The notes below the pieces were generated by a model, which saw only the letters and a program-made list of their open reading frames with translations, made no database searches and had not been told where the DNA came from. From positions 17,144 to 81,143 of the forward strand of contig MQRK01181483.1 of assembly GCA_001938485.1 (NCBI GenBank): a stretch of DNA of 64,000 nt, in the 5' to 3' direction. Source of the DNA: Girardia tigrina (lineage: Eukaryota). This document shows positions 11,804-24,828 of the stretch, piece after piece; the first letter of the stretch is position 1; every line of letters begins with the position of its first letter. The position numbers were made by a program, and so were the translations under genes.

Positions 11804-13498
11804 TTGGTAAAATTTATCAAGTCGAAGGATCAAAAATTAAACAAGGAGAGATTGTGCCATATTGTTGTTCAAAGTATTTACAGCACTAAATTTCATTCAT
11901 ATCCCTGAATGACAAAGGTATACTTTGTAAAACTCCTTTTCATACAAAAATTCATTTTATCTTTTTAAAGTACAATAATATATGATAAATTTAACATGTG
12001 GTAAGATATGAAAATTTTCAATAAATTATATTAATTGCAATTATTAAAAATTATTTAAATTTTGATTTACTGAGCTTGCTGAAGTAATTTACTCCATTTT
12101 TGATTATAAGATACTTTGAGTTGAAATCATCTTTCAAAAAACTATGTGTAAGTAGCGTTTATGCCACTTTTATTATTATCGAATTCCGAAGTCATAACTT
12201 AACACCAAAAAATTTATTTAAACTTATTTCATAACTTTTATTAAAATATATCAATTGTTATTACTGTAAGCATATTTTAAATAAGTATTTATGTTATCAT
12301 ATTTTTACTCTGCATTTTAATTTTTTTAATTTATTTCTTTTAAATTTTCAAATTAAAAAAATAATAAACTATTTTGGCGAAACTTAAATTTAAACTAACC
12401 CTTCATACTCTGGATCCAGCAGGTTGTGAAAAATGGCTGATTCGTGAGAAGTAATCGGTTTTAGTTCTAACAACGAAAGTAGATTAAGGCTGCATTTACG
12501 AAAACAACCGAGAATAGTTGATAAGTGAAAAAGAAACTCTCCAATATTTCTATTTTAATATTTTTGCATTATTTCTTCTTGGAAGATAAAATTCAAAAAG
12601 AATCAAAATATAAAATATCAATATTTGTTTACACCAATTTCAGAAACCTTAGAGCAAGGTCGGATGATTAAACTCACTTCAATATTACGATGTGCTTTTT
12701 TTCTTAAAATGTTATAATCTAAAAATAATTTTTACTACAGAAAAAGAAGGTATATGTAAAATTATTCAAACAATAACAATTTGGTTTTAAATAAAGATTT
12801 AAGATTGAAGGTTTATAGTTGATTGTTTGACTGTACGTGTCGTGCGTTGAATGAATTCCTGTTTCTGGCATATGCAGCACTGTCAATCATGCCATTGTAA
12901 TTTGACCCTGTCATTTAAATCTCATTCACTGGATCACCACCACCACCAGCCAGTCTCTTACCAACCTGCTCACAATTCATCAATTCACTTAAACAAAAGC
13001 TTTCGTTCAAGTAAAAATGATTGATTAAGTCATCATCAAATAGTTGAGTCACATAATCAAAATGATTCAATTTCCTGTATTAAGTTTCACTTTTCTTATA
13101 CCTAAAAGGTGTCCATATATATAATGAATATTATTATTCTATTCATCGATCATCAGCATGGGAGAATAAATCACGGAGCCAAATTTTGGATCAGTCACAC
13201 CGGATACTCGTACCACATGCCAGATAAATATTGAACGAAGAGAACGCATTGACGAATAGATGTATGCGAGGATAATATGATTGACAGCAGCCTAAAGGGT
13301 TATATTTTTATACGTAATTAAGTTGAATTATTAAAAATGAAGAAGACATGATTTATCAGTAAAGTATAATTATGTACAAGAAAAAGTAATATTACTAAAA
13401 AAAGTTATTTGATCTCAAAATACAAAAAGCTGTTTCATACAAATGTGAAAAGTGATGCACAAAATTACATAAACAACAGTGAACGCACAGAAATAATG

Positions 13499-14223
13499 TT
13501 ACTGAATCATATTCATTTCTTTTTGAGTCGACTTCAGCAAGTTGTCAGCTGTCCTTAACAAATTATCGGCTTCCTCCATCATTTCTCTACTTATTTTATA
13601 ATTATCTTGCTCACTATTACTCCTGGACACAAGACCATTTTTTATTTGAGAATTAATTGGAGATGATTTAGGATTGCTTGAGTTGCTAGACTCAGTTGTC
13701 ATTTGGAGAGGCTGGTGACTGTATTGAAGATATCTACCATTGGAGGGTATAAACTGATGAGCTGGCGTAAATGCTAAGTAAAGTGGTTGATTATAGGTGT
13801 CTCTCCTTTGGTTGCCATCTGGCTGGACTGAGACAAAATTTGTGTATTGATTGTCTGAATTAATGTTATTATCCGAATAATTTACTTGAGTAGAATCAAT
13901 TGGAAATGGATAATAGATCTGTGGTGGAGTATTCATGAGTTGAGTACCGTTATCACTAAGAGGACCGGAAAATGACAATGATGGATTTAAAGGTAAAAAA
14001 TTAGGAGGTAGTAATGTTGAAGGTCCTGAACTAGGTGTGAGGGTATTTTGTCCCACATAATTTCCATTAGAATTTTTAATTTTAGTCATGAATGACATTT
14101 GTCTTTGAGTGGTAGAGGTATCCTCATAGATTCTTTCAGGATCACTTACTTGCGAATTACATCGATTAAAATTTGTTTGATTTGGTGGTATTGAGAAATA
14201 ATTGCCATTTGTATATTGAGTTT
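13499..14223 (-). CDS. Terminal coding exon (cytoplasmic tail) of a putative single-pass Ig-like receptor
   Basis: Stop-free 241-codon frame in AT-rich DNA, acceptor ttattaatAG at 14224-14225 in phase 1 matching the TM exon. N/Q/S/P-rich with Tyr motifs (IYED, IYYP, TYNQPLYL). TAA at 13499-13501. Confidence 0.8.
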
Positions 14224-14801
14224 CTATTAATAACATTATATTAATATAAGTTAGATAAAATATTATTAATTCAAAATATATAATAATAATGTCAAAAATT
14301 ATAAAATGAAAATATTACATCTTATAAATCTGAAAGCAGCGCAACTCAGTCAAAGAAGTAACCAAACAAACACAAATCAACAAAGCCCCATTTGGAGACC
14401 TTTTATGACGGACATTATTGTTTTTCACACAATAATTAGTGAAGCACTGGTCTTATCTGATCCAGATGGTCCGATCAAGAGTGTTTCATGATAACAATAA
14501 GCACTGTGAGATCTTATGACTTATACTTTTAATTTAACTAATAGAGAATATTTACCTCCATTGACGACCTTTTGAACAAACCCCTGGTTGAATAGACTTT
14601 TAAAGATGGTTTAGAATGAAAACATCTAAGATATTCAAACATATGTTTTTGCAACTTGATAATTAACAGATTTTGAACAAGAATGTTTATTTTAAATCAC
14701 TATAGAATGACAAAAACTAAAAATATTATTTTTATAGAAGTTTTTCACTTTATTATATTAGTGAAATTATCAATTCACAAACAAAATTAAATAACGTTAC
14801 T

Positions 14802-16112
14802 CAGTAGCGTGGCGAGGAGATAGGTGAGGCAATATTCGCGGGAGCCAAATTGCCCCTATGATTTGTTGTACAATAAACAAACGAAATATTTTGATAATCG
14901 AAAACAAATAAATTCCTGAAAGCCGATACTTAAAATGAAAGAGATATTGAAGAGATTTTATTGAATTAACGGATATTTATATTACATTACTATTGCAAAT
15001 ATTAGATCAAGTTTATTTGTTATTAAATACAGAAAACCATATGGATTAGATTAAATTGTAATTTCATTTCTTTAATTTTTTACATTGTATTTTACTGGTT
15101 AATCCAATTAATAAATTATAAAATATTATAAAATTGTAATGTTAATTTTCAAGTATTTCAAAGAAATCGCCTAACATGAATATTCACACAAGACGACGGT
15201 GTAAAATGCCAGGAGAATTGGCCACGGAGTGATTTTCTTTCACTTGAAACTGAAATTCCCCGTATTATGAAGAGCGTTGCTGATCTGCAACAAGAGTTAA
15301 AAACTTAACTTACTAAAATAAATGATCTTAATTCTACATTCGGGTTTTTACTCAATACTGAAACTTTATTAAATAAAGATGACAAAAGTTTTCAAAAAAA
15401 TGTAAACATTTAGATCACTTTTATGGCACTGATTTTATTTGTCAGAGATCCATAATGAAATGCATGACTGAAAGATGTTAGTCCATAACAGAAATTGGGT
15501 TAGTCATAAAACTCCAGTAGTCTTCAGCACATTTATAATTTCATAGGGCAACGATATTTTCCAAATTTGAGGATCGCAATACAAATACTACTGACAATGT
15601 CGATTTCAATTACTAGTATAGAATGTTTCTATAGTAAAATGAAGCTGATTGCGTCAAGTTAAAGAGTTAAAATTGGACAAGGTCTCCCTTAGTGATCAAT
15701 CATTTTTAAGTATAGATATTATCAAAATATTAGCTTCATTAAAGGTAAGTATATTTAAATGTACAAATTCAATTATACTGTAATTCAAACAATTTTATTA
15801 TGCTCAAATATTCATTCATTATAGTAAGTGTTCATTTTAATTTCATATACTTAATATATTATTAGAAATTCAGATTTGTTTAATTATTTTATTTATATTT
15901 TATAAATGAAAAATGTGATCTAATTTTATTTTATTAAAATTTCTAAGAATTCTGTTAAAAATTTTATGATATTATAAAATTAATATTGTTAATAATCTCA
16001 GCAATTTATAAGTATAAATTATTATTAATTTTCTTTAAAATAATTGTGGTGGATAGGGTAATTAAAGAAAATAACTATGGTCCGGTCGTCAGTTAGGCTC
16101 GCTAAGCCTTTG
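14802..16112 (+). mobile_element. Internally deleted hAT transposon in the host intron
   Basis: Ends CAGTAGCGTGGCGAG / CTCGCTAAGCCTTTG. A degenerate hATC dimerisation-like region reads (F)PNLRIAIQILLTMSISITSIECFYSKMKLI at ~15555-15650. The TSD is only partial. Confidence 0.75.
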
Positions 16113-16380
16113 TAACTACTGCATTGTCAGAAGAAATCAATTACCTTAAAATATAAAAGGTATAAAATTTGGTAAAAAGTCAGATAAATATATAATGAGT
16201 TATTAATTATCATAGAGTTATTTCTTCCAAGAATCACAAGAAAATTTGCGAATATATTTGGTTAAAAGACAAATGGAATTATGATATTAATCTGTTGAAA
16301 AATATCAACAAGCCAAGAATTGAATCAAAATATTTAACAAATAAACTAAATATTTACAAAATGATAAAAAATAAAATAAA

Positions 16381-17203
16381 TTATTTTTATAAGTCAAAAA
16401 ACGTTCTTCTTAATGTATTGTAAATTAAAATTTGTAATCGATTTCGACGGATCAATCGTCGTCATCAAACTAAACTAAGAATGGTATATTCACATTTATA
16501 TATCAAAGCAATGTTTATGTAATCATTATGTAATTTATAGATCATGAAAATACTTTCAATAAAGTTGAAGATGGTGTTTGCAAATTAATTTTAGAATCAA
16601 AGGATTTGATCAACAATGCTTCACACATCCCTCTCTCCCAGTAATTATAAAATTTCGAACACAAAATCTTAAAATTCCATACATCATCTTGACTTTTTAA
16701 ACAATTCTTTCTATGTTGAGTAATATTATTACCACTTTCCCTTCGATTATGTTCCTGAATCCGTTTACAGAGATGACGATAAGTTTCTCCGATAAATATG
16801 GCAACAAATTCATTACATTTATATTGATAAACTAAATTGACACATAAACCAGTTGGAGTGATAGATTTACTGCTTAATAAACTTTCAATCTTACCTGATG
16901 TAGACACACTTTTTAAATTTATTAAATAAATTATTTTCATCACATTTTACAATAGTTTTTGAATTTTCTGAAACTCTCAGAATATGGAACAGTCAAAACA
17001 AAACCAATATTATCATATTTATTATTATCTATCTGATTTTTATTTTTGTCGCTATTTATTGTATTTACATAATGAAATTACATAAACTTTGTTTGGATAT
17101 ATAAATGCGAATATATCATTGTTAGTTTAGTCTGATAATGACGATTAATCCACCAAAATCGATTACAATACATTATAAAGAACGTTTTTTACTTTAAAAA
17201 TAA
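16381..17203 (-). mobile_element. Penelope-like element fragment: GIY-YIG endonuclease flanked by inverted pseudo-LTR copies
   Basis: ORF 16542-16943 reads NLVYQYKC...IFIGETYRHLCKRIQEH...FKIL...EALLIK...INLQ. About 150 bp at 16381-16532 is the reverse complement of 17066-17203. Confidence 0.88.
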
Positions 17204-18280
17204 ACTCAAATTAAAAATATAATAACAAAATCCTAAAAAGTTTAAAAGTAAAGATATCATGATATAAACATTCGAAGAATTCATAGTTTTATTGCATTCC
17301 GCAACATTCAAATAGTTTTCGAATATTGATCAAAGCAATTAAATATTACTTACACGATTTAACATTTTATTTGACATCCTTTTTGCATATTATAAAAGAG
17401 TATTAAATTAATAAAATATGTAAATTTTTCCGCTGCAAATTTTTATGTTAGATTTAGTTTTATGTGGAGAAATTTGTATTGTGTATTTCGATAATAAAAG
17501 AATTAAATGTAAAAAAATTGTTTAATTAAATGTATAATTTAAATTATGATCTCATTTCCTACTTCTTCAATTGCGATTAAATGTTCTCAATACAATTACA
17601 GATTGCTCATCGACTGATGCAAATGAATTATAATTACGAGTTGAACTTATTAACACACTCAGAGGTGTCAATAATGACATATTATTTTCAGGCTTTACCC
17701 AGACTAACTGTTGCTCTACGAAGTCTGTCTTTACCTTATTGTAAACCGGCTCCTTTTCAATTCTTTCGATTATCTCCAAACCGACTGTAATGTACTTGTA
17801 AAGTGCTGAACTAGGTGTCTCATTTCCGTCGGACGGTGTATTGTTATACCACCATAAGGCTTCTCTGATACTGATATTCGATCGAGACGCAATTCTCTTG
17901 ATTGTCTTATGATTTCTCTCTATTATTCCGTTGCAATTTGGTCGATTAATAGCGCGGTATAGGACATATACATTCCACTTTTCCATCAACTTGCTGAATT
18001 CGGCTGAATGAAATGTCGTATAATAGTCAATAATCAACTCCTTTGGAGATCTACGCTCGCAGAACAAATTTGAAAACTCTGTAACAATCGACTTCATATC
18101 CTCAGCTTTGATTAGTTTCCATACTGCAAATCGAGAGGGTCCACAATCAATGATACTTAACAATTTTTGTTGATCAAATTTTGTGACATCCGCTGCAAGT
18201 CTTGTCCAGTTTTCATTGACAGCTAATTTTCCAGTTTCCCATTTTATTGGCGCCGGATCAATAGATTGACAACTTTGACA

Positions 18281-18620
18281 NNNNNNNNNNNNNNNNNNNN
18301 NNNNNNNNNNNNNNNNNNNNNNNNNNNNNNNNNNNNNNNNNNNNNNNNNNNNNNNNNNNNNNNNNNNNNNNNNNNNNNNNNNNNNNNNNNNNNNNNNNNN
18401 NNNNNNNNNNNNNNNNNNNNNNNNNNNNNNNNNNNNNNNNNNNNNNNNNNNNNNNNNNNNNNNNNNNNNNNNNNNNNNNNNNNNNNNNNNNNNNNNNNNN
18501 NNNNNNNNNNNNNNNNNNNNNNNNNNNNNNNNNNNNNNNNNNNNNNNNNNNNNNNNNNNNNNNNNNNNNNNNNNNNNNNNNNNNNNNNNNNNNNNNNNNN
18601 NNNNNNNNNNNNNNNNNNNN
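18281..18620. other. Assembly gap (N run)
   Basis: 340 N. Confidence 1.
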
Positions 18621-19808
18621 ACTACAACATTCGTTAGTCCCCATTTAATACACAGATTTAGACCCTTTACAACTGCTTCGAGTTCTGCTACGTTTATGTG
18701 CCTAGAATCATCAGTTTTCCTTAACCACGATGCGTCTTCCATAATATTTCCTTTAACTTCCAATGCTGCTCCAATGGCTATCGAACTGGCCATCACACCA
18801 TATGATGCCGTCTTTACAATCATCAATACTCCATATTCCTCTACAAGGATCTTCCTCCTTAACTTTTTTCAAAACAAATTTGATTTTCTCGAATAATTCG
18901 ACATCAATTGTCTCATCCCATTTTCCTTCACTGAGCCTTTTCATGTAGGAGCATGATGGACGAAGCCAACCAGCAACAGAGTGGATTCCTATTAATTGGC
19001 CACACAGCGAATATAACTCGCGACCGATATTGATTCGGCAACTATCTCGTCCTTGAAATGATTATCTCTCATCCATCTCACCGAATTCTTATCTTTATAA
19101 ACTTTAACTCCCAACACTCGCACTTCTTTATCCATTGAGAGATTTTCTGGTTTTTTGCATTTAAGACTAAATTTCTCGAACAGCATTCTAATTTCGTCAA
19201 CTGTGATTGTAGATTCGTCAACGTAAATGTCATCGATGTACGAGTCGGTGTTTTCACGTGCTCTAGGATTAGAATTTAAAATCCACTTGACAATTTCAGT
19301 CATAATAGTCGGAGCGATATTTAAACCAAAGCCCATCCTGGTTAGAGCGTACTTTTTTCCATTAATGATACATGATTGATAACGCCACATTTCCTTGTGA
19401 ACGCGAATCTGCATATACGCCTCTGATAAATCAAGCATGGAAAATCTTGATCCTTTTCGCCGCCAGGTACGAAGTTTTTCCAAACATATATCTGCAGAGC
19501 CACTGTACACGTCTACATAATTGTTTAATTTCCTAAAATCAAAGATCGGTCTTATCTTGGATTTGTTAACTTGCAATATTCCAAATATCTTATCGATTTA
19601 CCCATTTCCTTTTCGTCATAATCGATTAAATAACCCTTCTTCATCCACTCCTCAAGGATTTTCATTGTGGCTATGTCTTTCGATTTCTTATCCTTAAAGG
19701 TCGAATGTCGAATTGGTAGATAAATCGGCGCTTCATCTTTCCACTTCCATTTAACCGTCCAATTATCCTTAAATTCAATCTCATAATTGTGTTTGTTCAG
19801 GCTAACTC

Positions 19809-20697
19809 NNNNNNNNNNNNNNNNNNNNNNNNNNNNNNNNNNNNNNNNNNNNNNNNNNNNNNNNNNNNNNNNNNNNNNNNNNNNNNNNNNNNNNNNNNNN
19901 NNNNNNNNNNNNNNNNNNNNNNNNNNNNNNNNNNNNNNNNNNNNNNNNNNNNNNNNNNNNNNNNNNNNNNNNNNNNNNNNNNNNNNNNNNNNNNNNNNNN
20001 NNNNNNNNNNNNNNNNNNNNNNNNNNNNNNNNNNNNNNNNNNNNNNNNNNNNNNNNNNNNNNNNNNNNNNNNNNNNNNNNNNNNNNNNNNNNNNNNNNNN
20101 NNNNNNNNNNNNNNNNNNNNNNNNNNNNNNNNNNNNNNNNNNNNNNNNNNNNNNNNNNNNNNNNNNNNNNNNNNNNNNNNNNNNNNNNNNNNNNNNNNNN
20201 NNNNNNNNNNNNNNNNNNNNNNNNNNNNNNNNNNNNNNNNNNNNNNNNNNNNNNNNNNNNNNNNNNNNNNNNNNNNNNNNNNNNNNNNNNNNNNNNNNNN
20301 NNNNNNNNNNNNNNNNNNNNNNNNNNNNNNNNNNNNNNNNNNNNNNNNNNNNNNNNNNNNNNNNNNNNNNNNNNNNNNNNNNNNNNNNNNNNNNNNNNNN
20401 NNNNNNNNNNNNNNNNNNNNNNNNNNNNNNNNNNNNNNNNNNNNNNNNNNNNNNNNNNNNNNNNNNNNNNNNNNNNNNNNNNNNNNNNNNNNNNNNNNNN
20501 NNNNNNNNNNNNNNNNNNNNNNNNNNNNNNNNNNNNNNNNNNNNNNNNNNNNNNNNNNNNNNNNNNNNNNNNNNNNNNNNNNNNNNNNNNNNNNNNNNNN
20601 NNNNNNNNNNNNNNNNNNNNNNNNNNNNNNNNNNNNNNNNNNNNNNNNNNNNNNNNNNNNNNNNNNNNNNNNNNNNNNNNNNNNNNNNNNNNNNNNN
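19809..20697. other. Assembly gap (N run)
   Basis: 889 N. Confidence 1.
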
Positions 20698-22584
20698 TCC
20701 GAATGAATTGTCCAAGATTTGCAGTACTTCTTCACAGTTGCTCTGTTTCTTTTCATCCAATTCCATGTATATATTTAAAGGAACATCAGTCAACAAAAAA
20801 TGAAGATATGGGGCCGAATCCAAAATCCCCTGGATTTTCATAACCATTTTGAACTTTTTCTTCCAAATTTAAAAACTACCGTTTCCATTAAATTTCTCCA
20901 AATGATCGAGTATAATTTTTAAATCGCTTATCATTGCCCGGATAGCTTGTAACAACGAATCACAAATCTATTAAAATTTATTTTTCACTAACAATACTTT
21001 TAAAATAGATATTATTTAAACAAATAATTATCTATATTTTTCATGTTAAATATTTCATTTAAGAAATAAATTTAACATGTAACAACCAGGAATCGTTAAA
21101 GATGAAAAAATGATAATGATAAATTTTCTTCAATAAAAATTCTTGATCAAGTTTATTTCTACACAATACAATTCAACCTAACAATAAAAATTCATAAAAA
21201 ATGTATGAAAATTCCCACTAAACCATTGATAGTCAATCGAGTTCACTATCGTGATTCATGTCAGTCTCGTCAGCCATCGAAGTCTCTAACTCGGTCAACA
21301 AAATCGAATAATACATGCAATGAATCAATCAAGTCGTGCACGTCATTCTAAACCACATTATTTTATGTGATTTTTGTTGTCAGTCATAAAATAATACATC
21401 ATATGATAAGATATCATATTGCAGAAAGAGCTCTATCAAATTACCGCTCGTGGCCATGCTCCAATTTGTAATAATTACCAAGCTGCAGTAGCACAACCTC
21501 AAAGAGAAGCACTCAGTGTTTTGCTAAGAAAGTTTGAACATAATTACTAAGTGTGTGTCTATAGACAATATGCACACTAACACGGACAGTAGTGTGCGTC
21601 CTGCACACACAAGCACACAACGCAGTGAGCAAACTTGGTTGACGGTGTAGAGATTGGCAGTGTCAATAAATCTTCATTTTTTGCTCGCTCTCTCGTTGTG
21701 ACAATTCACAACAGAGTGTGTGGGATGGATGTAAACAGTGAATCGATTAACATCTACTGACTATTGCGACTGCAAGATGATTATTATTATCATTATTGTT
21801 ATTATCATTCACATTTTTGAACCAGTCATTCTAACATAATTAATCTTTGGCTCTACAGCACAGTCACTTTATATCTATAAATCATTTTCTCTTTTATTGC
21901 TTGTCATGATGCTACCATGGCATACATGATGAACAACAAATATTATTCATAATAATAACCCAATCAATATACACTTTTATTTCATTTCTTTCTTGGAAAT
22001 TTTATAACGTGAAAAATATTCAATCTACAAGCGCTCGACTAAATTGCTTATAACGAAGAAAAAACCTTCGCATTATTCAAATGGTGCTTCATTTATCTGA
22101 TTCTTATATCTTAATTACCTTTATCCATTTCTAATATTCATGTTTCAAAGAGTAAATTATGTCGGTATCACTTCCGGTGAAAATGTATTCAATTATTTAA
22201 TTTTCATCATATTAAACATCTATTTTTACAACGTTGTCTAAATATTCCGCATTTGTTAGCGTACATGTAGTGAATAAAAGGTTATAATTTTTAGAAGCAA
22301 GTTGAAGCTGTGGCGGACATTTGTGGCATTTATTCGACTATAATACACTCCCTGTACGAGGTATCTACAGACATTTGGATAATACTTATACTATATTTTC
22401 AATTTTGACGTCATTTAAACTAATATATTAATATTTGGTGTAAAGTTTTCATTAATACAGCAGAAATATCAGGTATGGATTCGAGGAAGCCCTGTAAAAG
22501 CAATCATATCGTAGATATCAGAGATAAATTGATGTTGAAGCATAATAAAATTTAAAAAAAATATTAAACGTTTCAATTTCTTAC

Positions 22585-22701
22585 TTTTTAATTTACATTT
22601 GATGAATATGAGTCTAGAACAGAAGAAGACGTTGAAGATAAGAGACACAGCCAGAAGCCCGATCACACTGAGGATAAATTCTGATTTTGTCAGCAATTTA
22701 C
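22585..22701 (-). CDS. Transmembrane exon of the putative Ig-like receptor
   Basis: Acceptor ttctatcAG, donor GTAAGA, 117 nt, phase 1-1. Encodes SKLLTKSEFILSVIGLLAVSLIFNVFFCSRLIFIKCKLK, a hydrophobic helix followed by basic and Cys residues. Confidence 0.82.
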
Positions 22702-22876
22702 CTGATAGAAATACAAAGGTCAATTAGTTACATACAATTACTTACATTATCATACATTACAATAACACAAAAGTGTTTTGTGACTATAAATGTTTATAGA
22801 AAAAATAAAACATTAAAGTCATTTATATACAACAAACATATATTATATACATTCAGATATAACTATATATACTTAC

Positions 22877-22939
22877 TATATCCCAAGGAAGGTTTCATCC
22901 CTTCATTTCCGCTCGGTTTAGTTGGTTCTTTCTTTACAT
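22877..22939 (-). CDS. Short stalk exon of the putative Ig-like receptor
   Basis: Acceptor ttattcatAG, donor GTAAGT, 63 nt, phase 1-1. Encodes NVKKEPTKPSGNEGMKPSLGY. Confidence 0.78.
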
Positions 22940-23570
22940 CTATGAATAAAATAACAAAAGATAATAAAATAAAATACACATAAATATAAATTGTATTATA
23001 TTAATATTAAAGTTTAATGTCCTATACAAATTGAAAATGGAAACAATGTTTGTTAAGTAAATTTAAAATGTTTCTTTTAATTTTTTTAGTATTGAATTAA
23101 ATTTGATTTTGGCTTGATCGGGTATGTTTTAAGTACGTGCTAACTTGTAAACCGGTCAAGACGTGTATACACGTCAAATGTACACAGTATCGAAATTAGG
23201 AAGAAGGTATATAAACGTTCTCAAAATATATACTGTGCTCTTGAACTTGCAAAGAATTAATCATAATTACTTCAGATTGGCGTAGTTAAGACATACTTCT
23301 TTAAAACGTACTTTAGAAAATACGCGACCGTTAGGAATAACATAATTGCAAAGAAGAACGTCCAGTTAATAAGTTAATAGATGTAATTAGTAAGGTATTG
23401 GTCTTCATTAGCTATAAAAAGCCATAAATTTTTTAAATTATTTGTAAATAGTAGCTCATTTCTAGCTTGGTATATATTTAATCTACATTGAACTTTAGTG
23501 AAGCACTAGTAAGCCTTAAAACATCGACCAAATATCTTTAATGAAATAATAACTTCAAGATACATTACTA

Positions 23571-24281
23571 TTAGGTTGTTGCAAAAGGAATGCAGGTATT
23601 TGATTTTTTTGTATTTACCGCAATGTTGTACGACTAAAGCATGCATGATGTTATGTAATGTATGATGTTATTCGGCACAATGGTTAGATCGCGATGAGGC
23701 TCCTTACCACTTTCCGAAATCAAAACTCCCCCAAAAGAAGGTTATGTGACTGTTTGGTGGTCTGCAGCCGGTGTCATTCATTACTGCTTTCTGAATACAG
23801 GTGAAACGATCACCGCAGAAAAGTACTACTAACAAATTGATAAAATGCAGCACGAGCACCCACGTATGTGTCCAAAATTTGTCAATATAAAGGGGACAAT
23901 TCTCCTCTATGACAACACCCGGCCGCACATCGCAAAATCGACCCCACAAAAGCTCCATGAATTGGACTACGAAACTCTGCCTCATCCACCCTACTCATCT
24001 GACCTCTCGCCCACCGACTACCATTTTTTCAAGCATCTGGACAACTTCCTCCAGAAAAAATGCTTCAAAAACCAAGACGAAGCTAAAGACACCTTTAACG
24101 CTTTCATCGCATCCATAACTCAGATGTTCTACATTAGGGGCATCAATAAATCTGTTTCTCGTTGGCAAAAATGTATTAATTCTGATGGTTTTTATTTCGA
24201 TTATTAAAGTTTATTCTATGCTGAGTTACTTTTGTTTAAAGTTTAGGTTCAAAAACCTGCATTGCTTTTGCAACGACCTAA
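23571..24281 (+). mobile_element. Internally deleted mariner in the host intron
   Basis: TIRs TTAGGTTGTTGCAAAAGGAATGCAGG / CCTGCATTGCTTTTGCAACGACCTAA with TA TSDs. C-terminal transposase reads LYDNTRPH...HPPYSSDLSPTDYHFF. Confidence 0.95.
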
Positions 24282-24828
24282 TAATTTAAAAATTTTATTA
24301 AAAATGTCCAAATAATTAATTTATAGTTCCTATAGACTATTGTACATCTAGATACTTATAAAAACCATAAGAAAAGAAATGCTAAATAAGAATTCGTTAT
24401 TAATCAAATGCAAAAAAAATAATTTTAATAACACTTAGCAAGTAATGTTTCCATTGTCAATTTGAAAGGGATAGCGATGTATAATATCGAATTTCCGATC
24501 ATCTAATTGTTACTTATGAAACGCAAATTGTTTAAGACATCCAAAAGTCTAGAATATAATTCAAGGTAATAACCAAATATTTCTTCAAATATCAGAATAA
24601 AGTAATGAAATTTACACATTGATTAAGGACAAAGTTAAAGATCTTAATGTAAATTAAAAACCCTATATTAATAATATTTTACATCCGAAAAAAATAATTA
24701 TAGTACTGAAAAATTAATAATTTTACTGATTATTTAAAAATAAATTAAATTTTACATTTAACAGTATATACTTCAAATTAAAAAATTTTTAACATTAAAA
24801 TGATAGTTATTGATAATTGGAAACTTAC

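Larger units (their letters stand above)
17690..20934 (-). mobile_element. Ty3/Gypsy LTR retrotransposon internal region (gag - RT - RNase H - integrase) with two assembly gaps
   Basis: Gag-like start at 20934. RT: RPIFDFRKLN, LDLSEAYMQI, RMGFGL, YIDD. RNase H: WCD/ASS, INVAELEAV. Integrase: CQSCQ, RLAADV, IDCGPSRF, NGIIER. The RT-RH-IN order is that of Gypsy. LTRs not identified. Confidence 0.92.

Noticed and set aside
19552-20847. Long ORFs of 300-430 aa here and at 17567-18826 and 41726-42877
   Set aside because: Their length is an artefact of N runs; only the flanking residues are real and belong to TEs.
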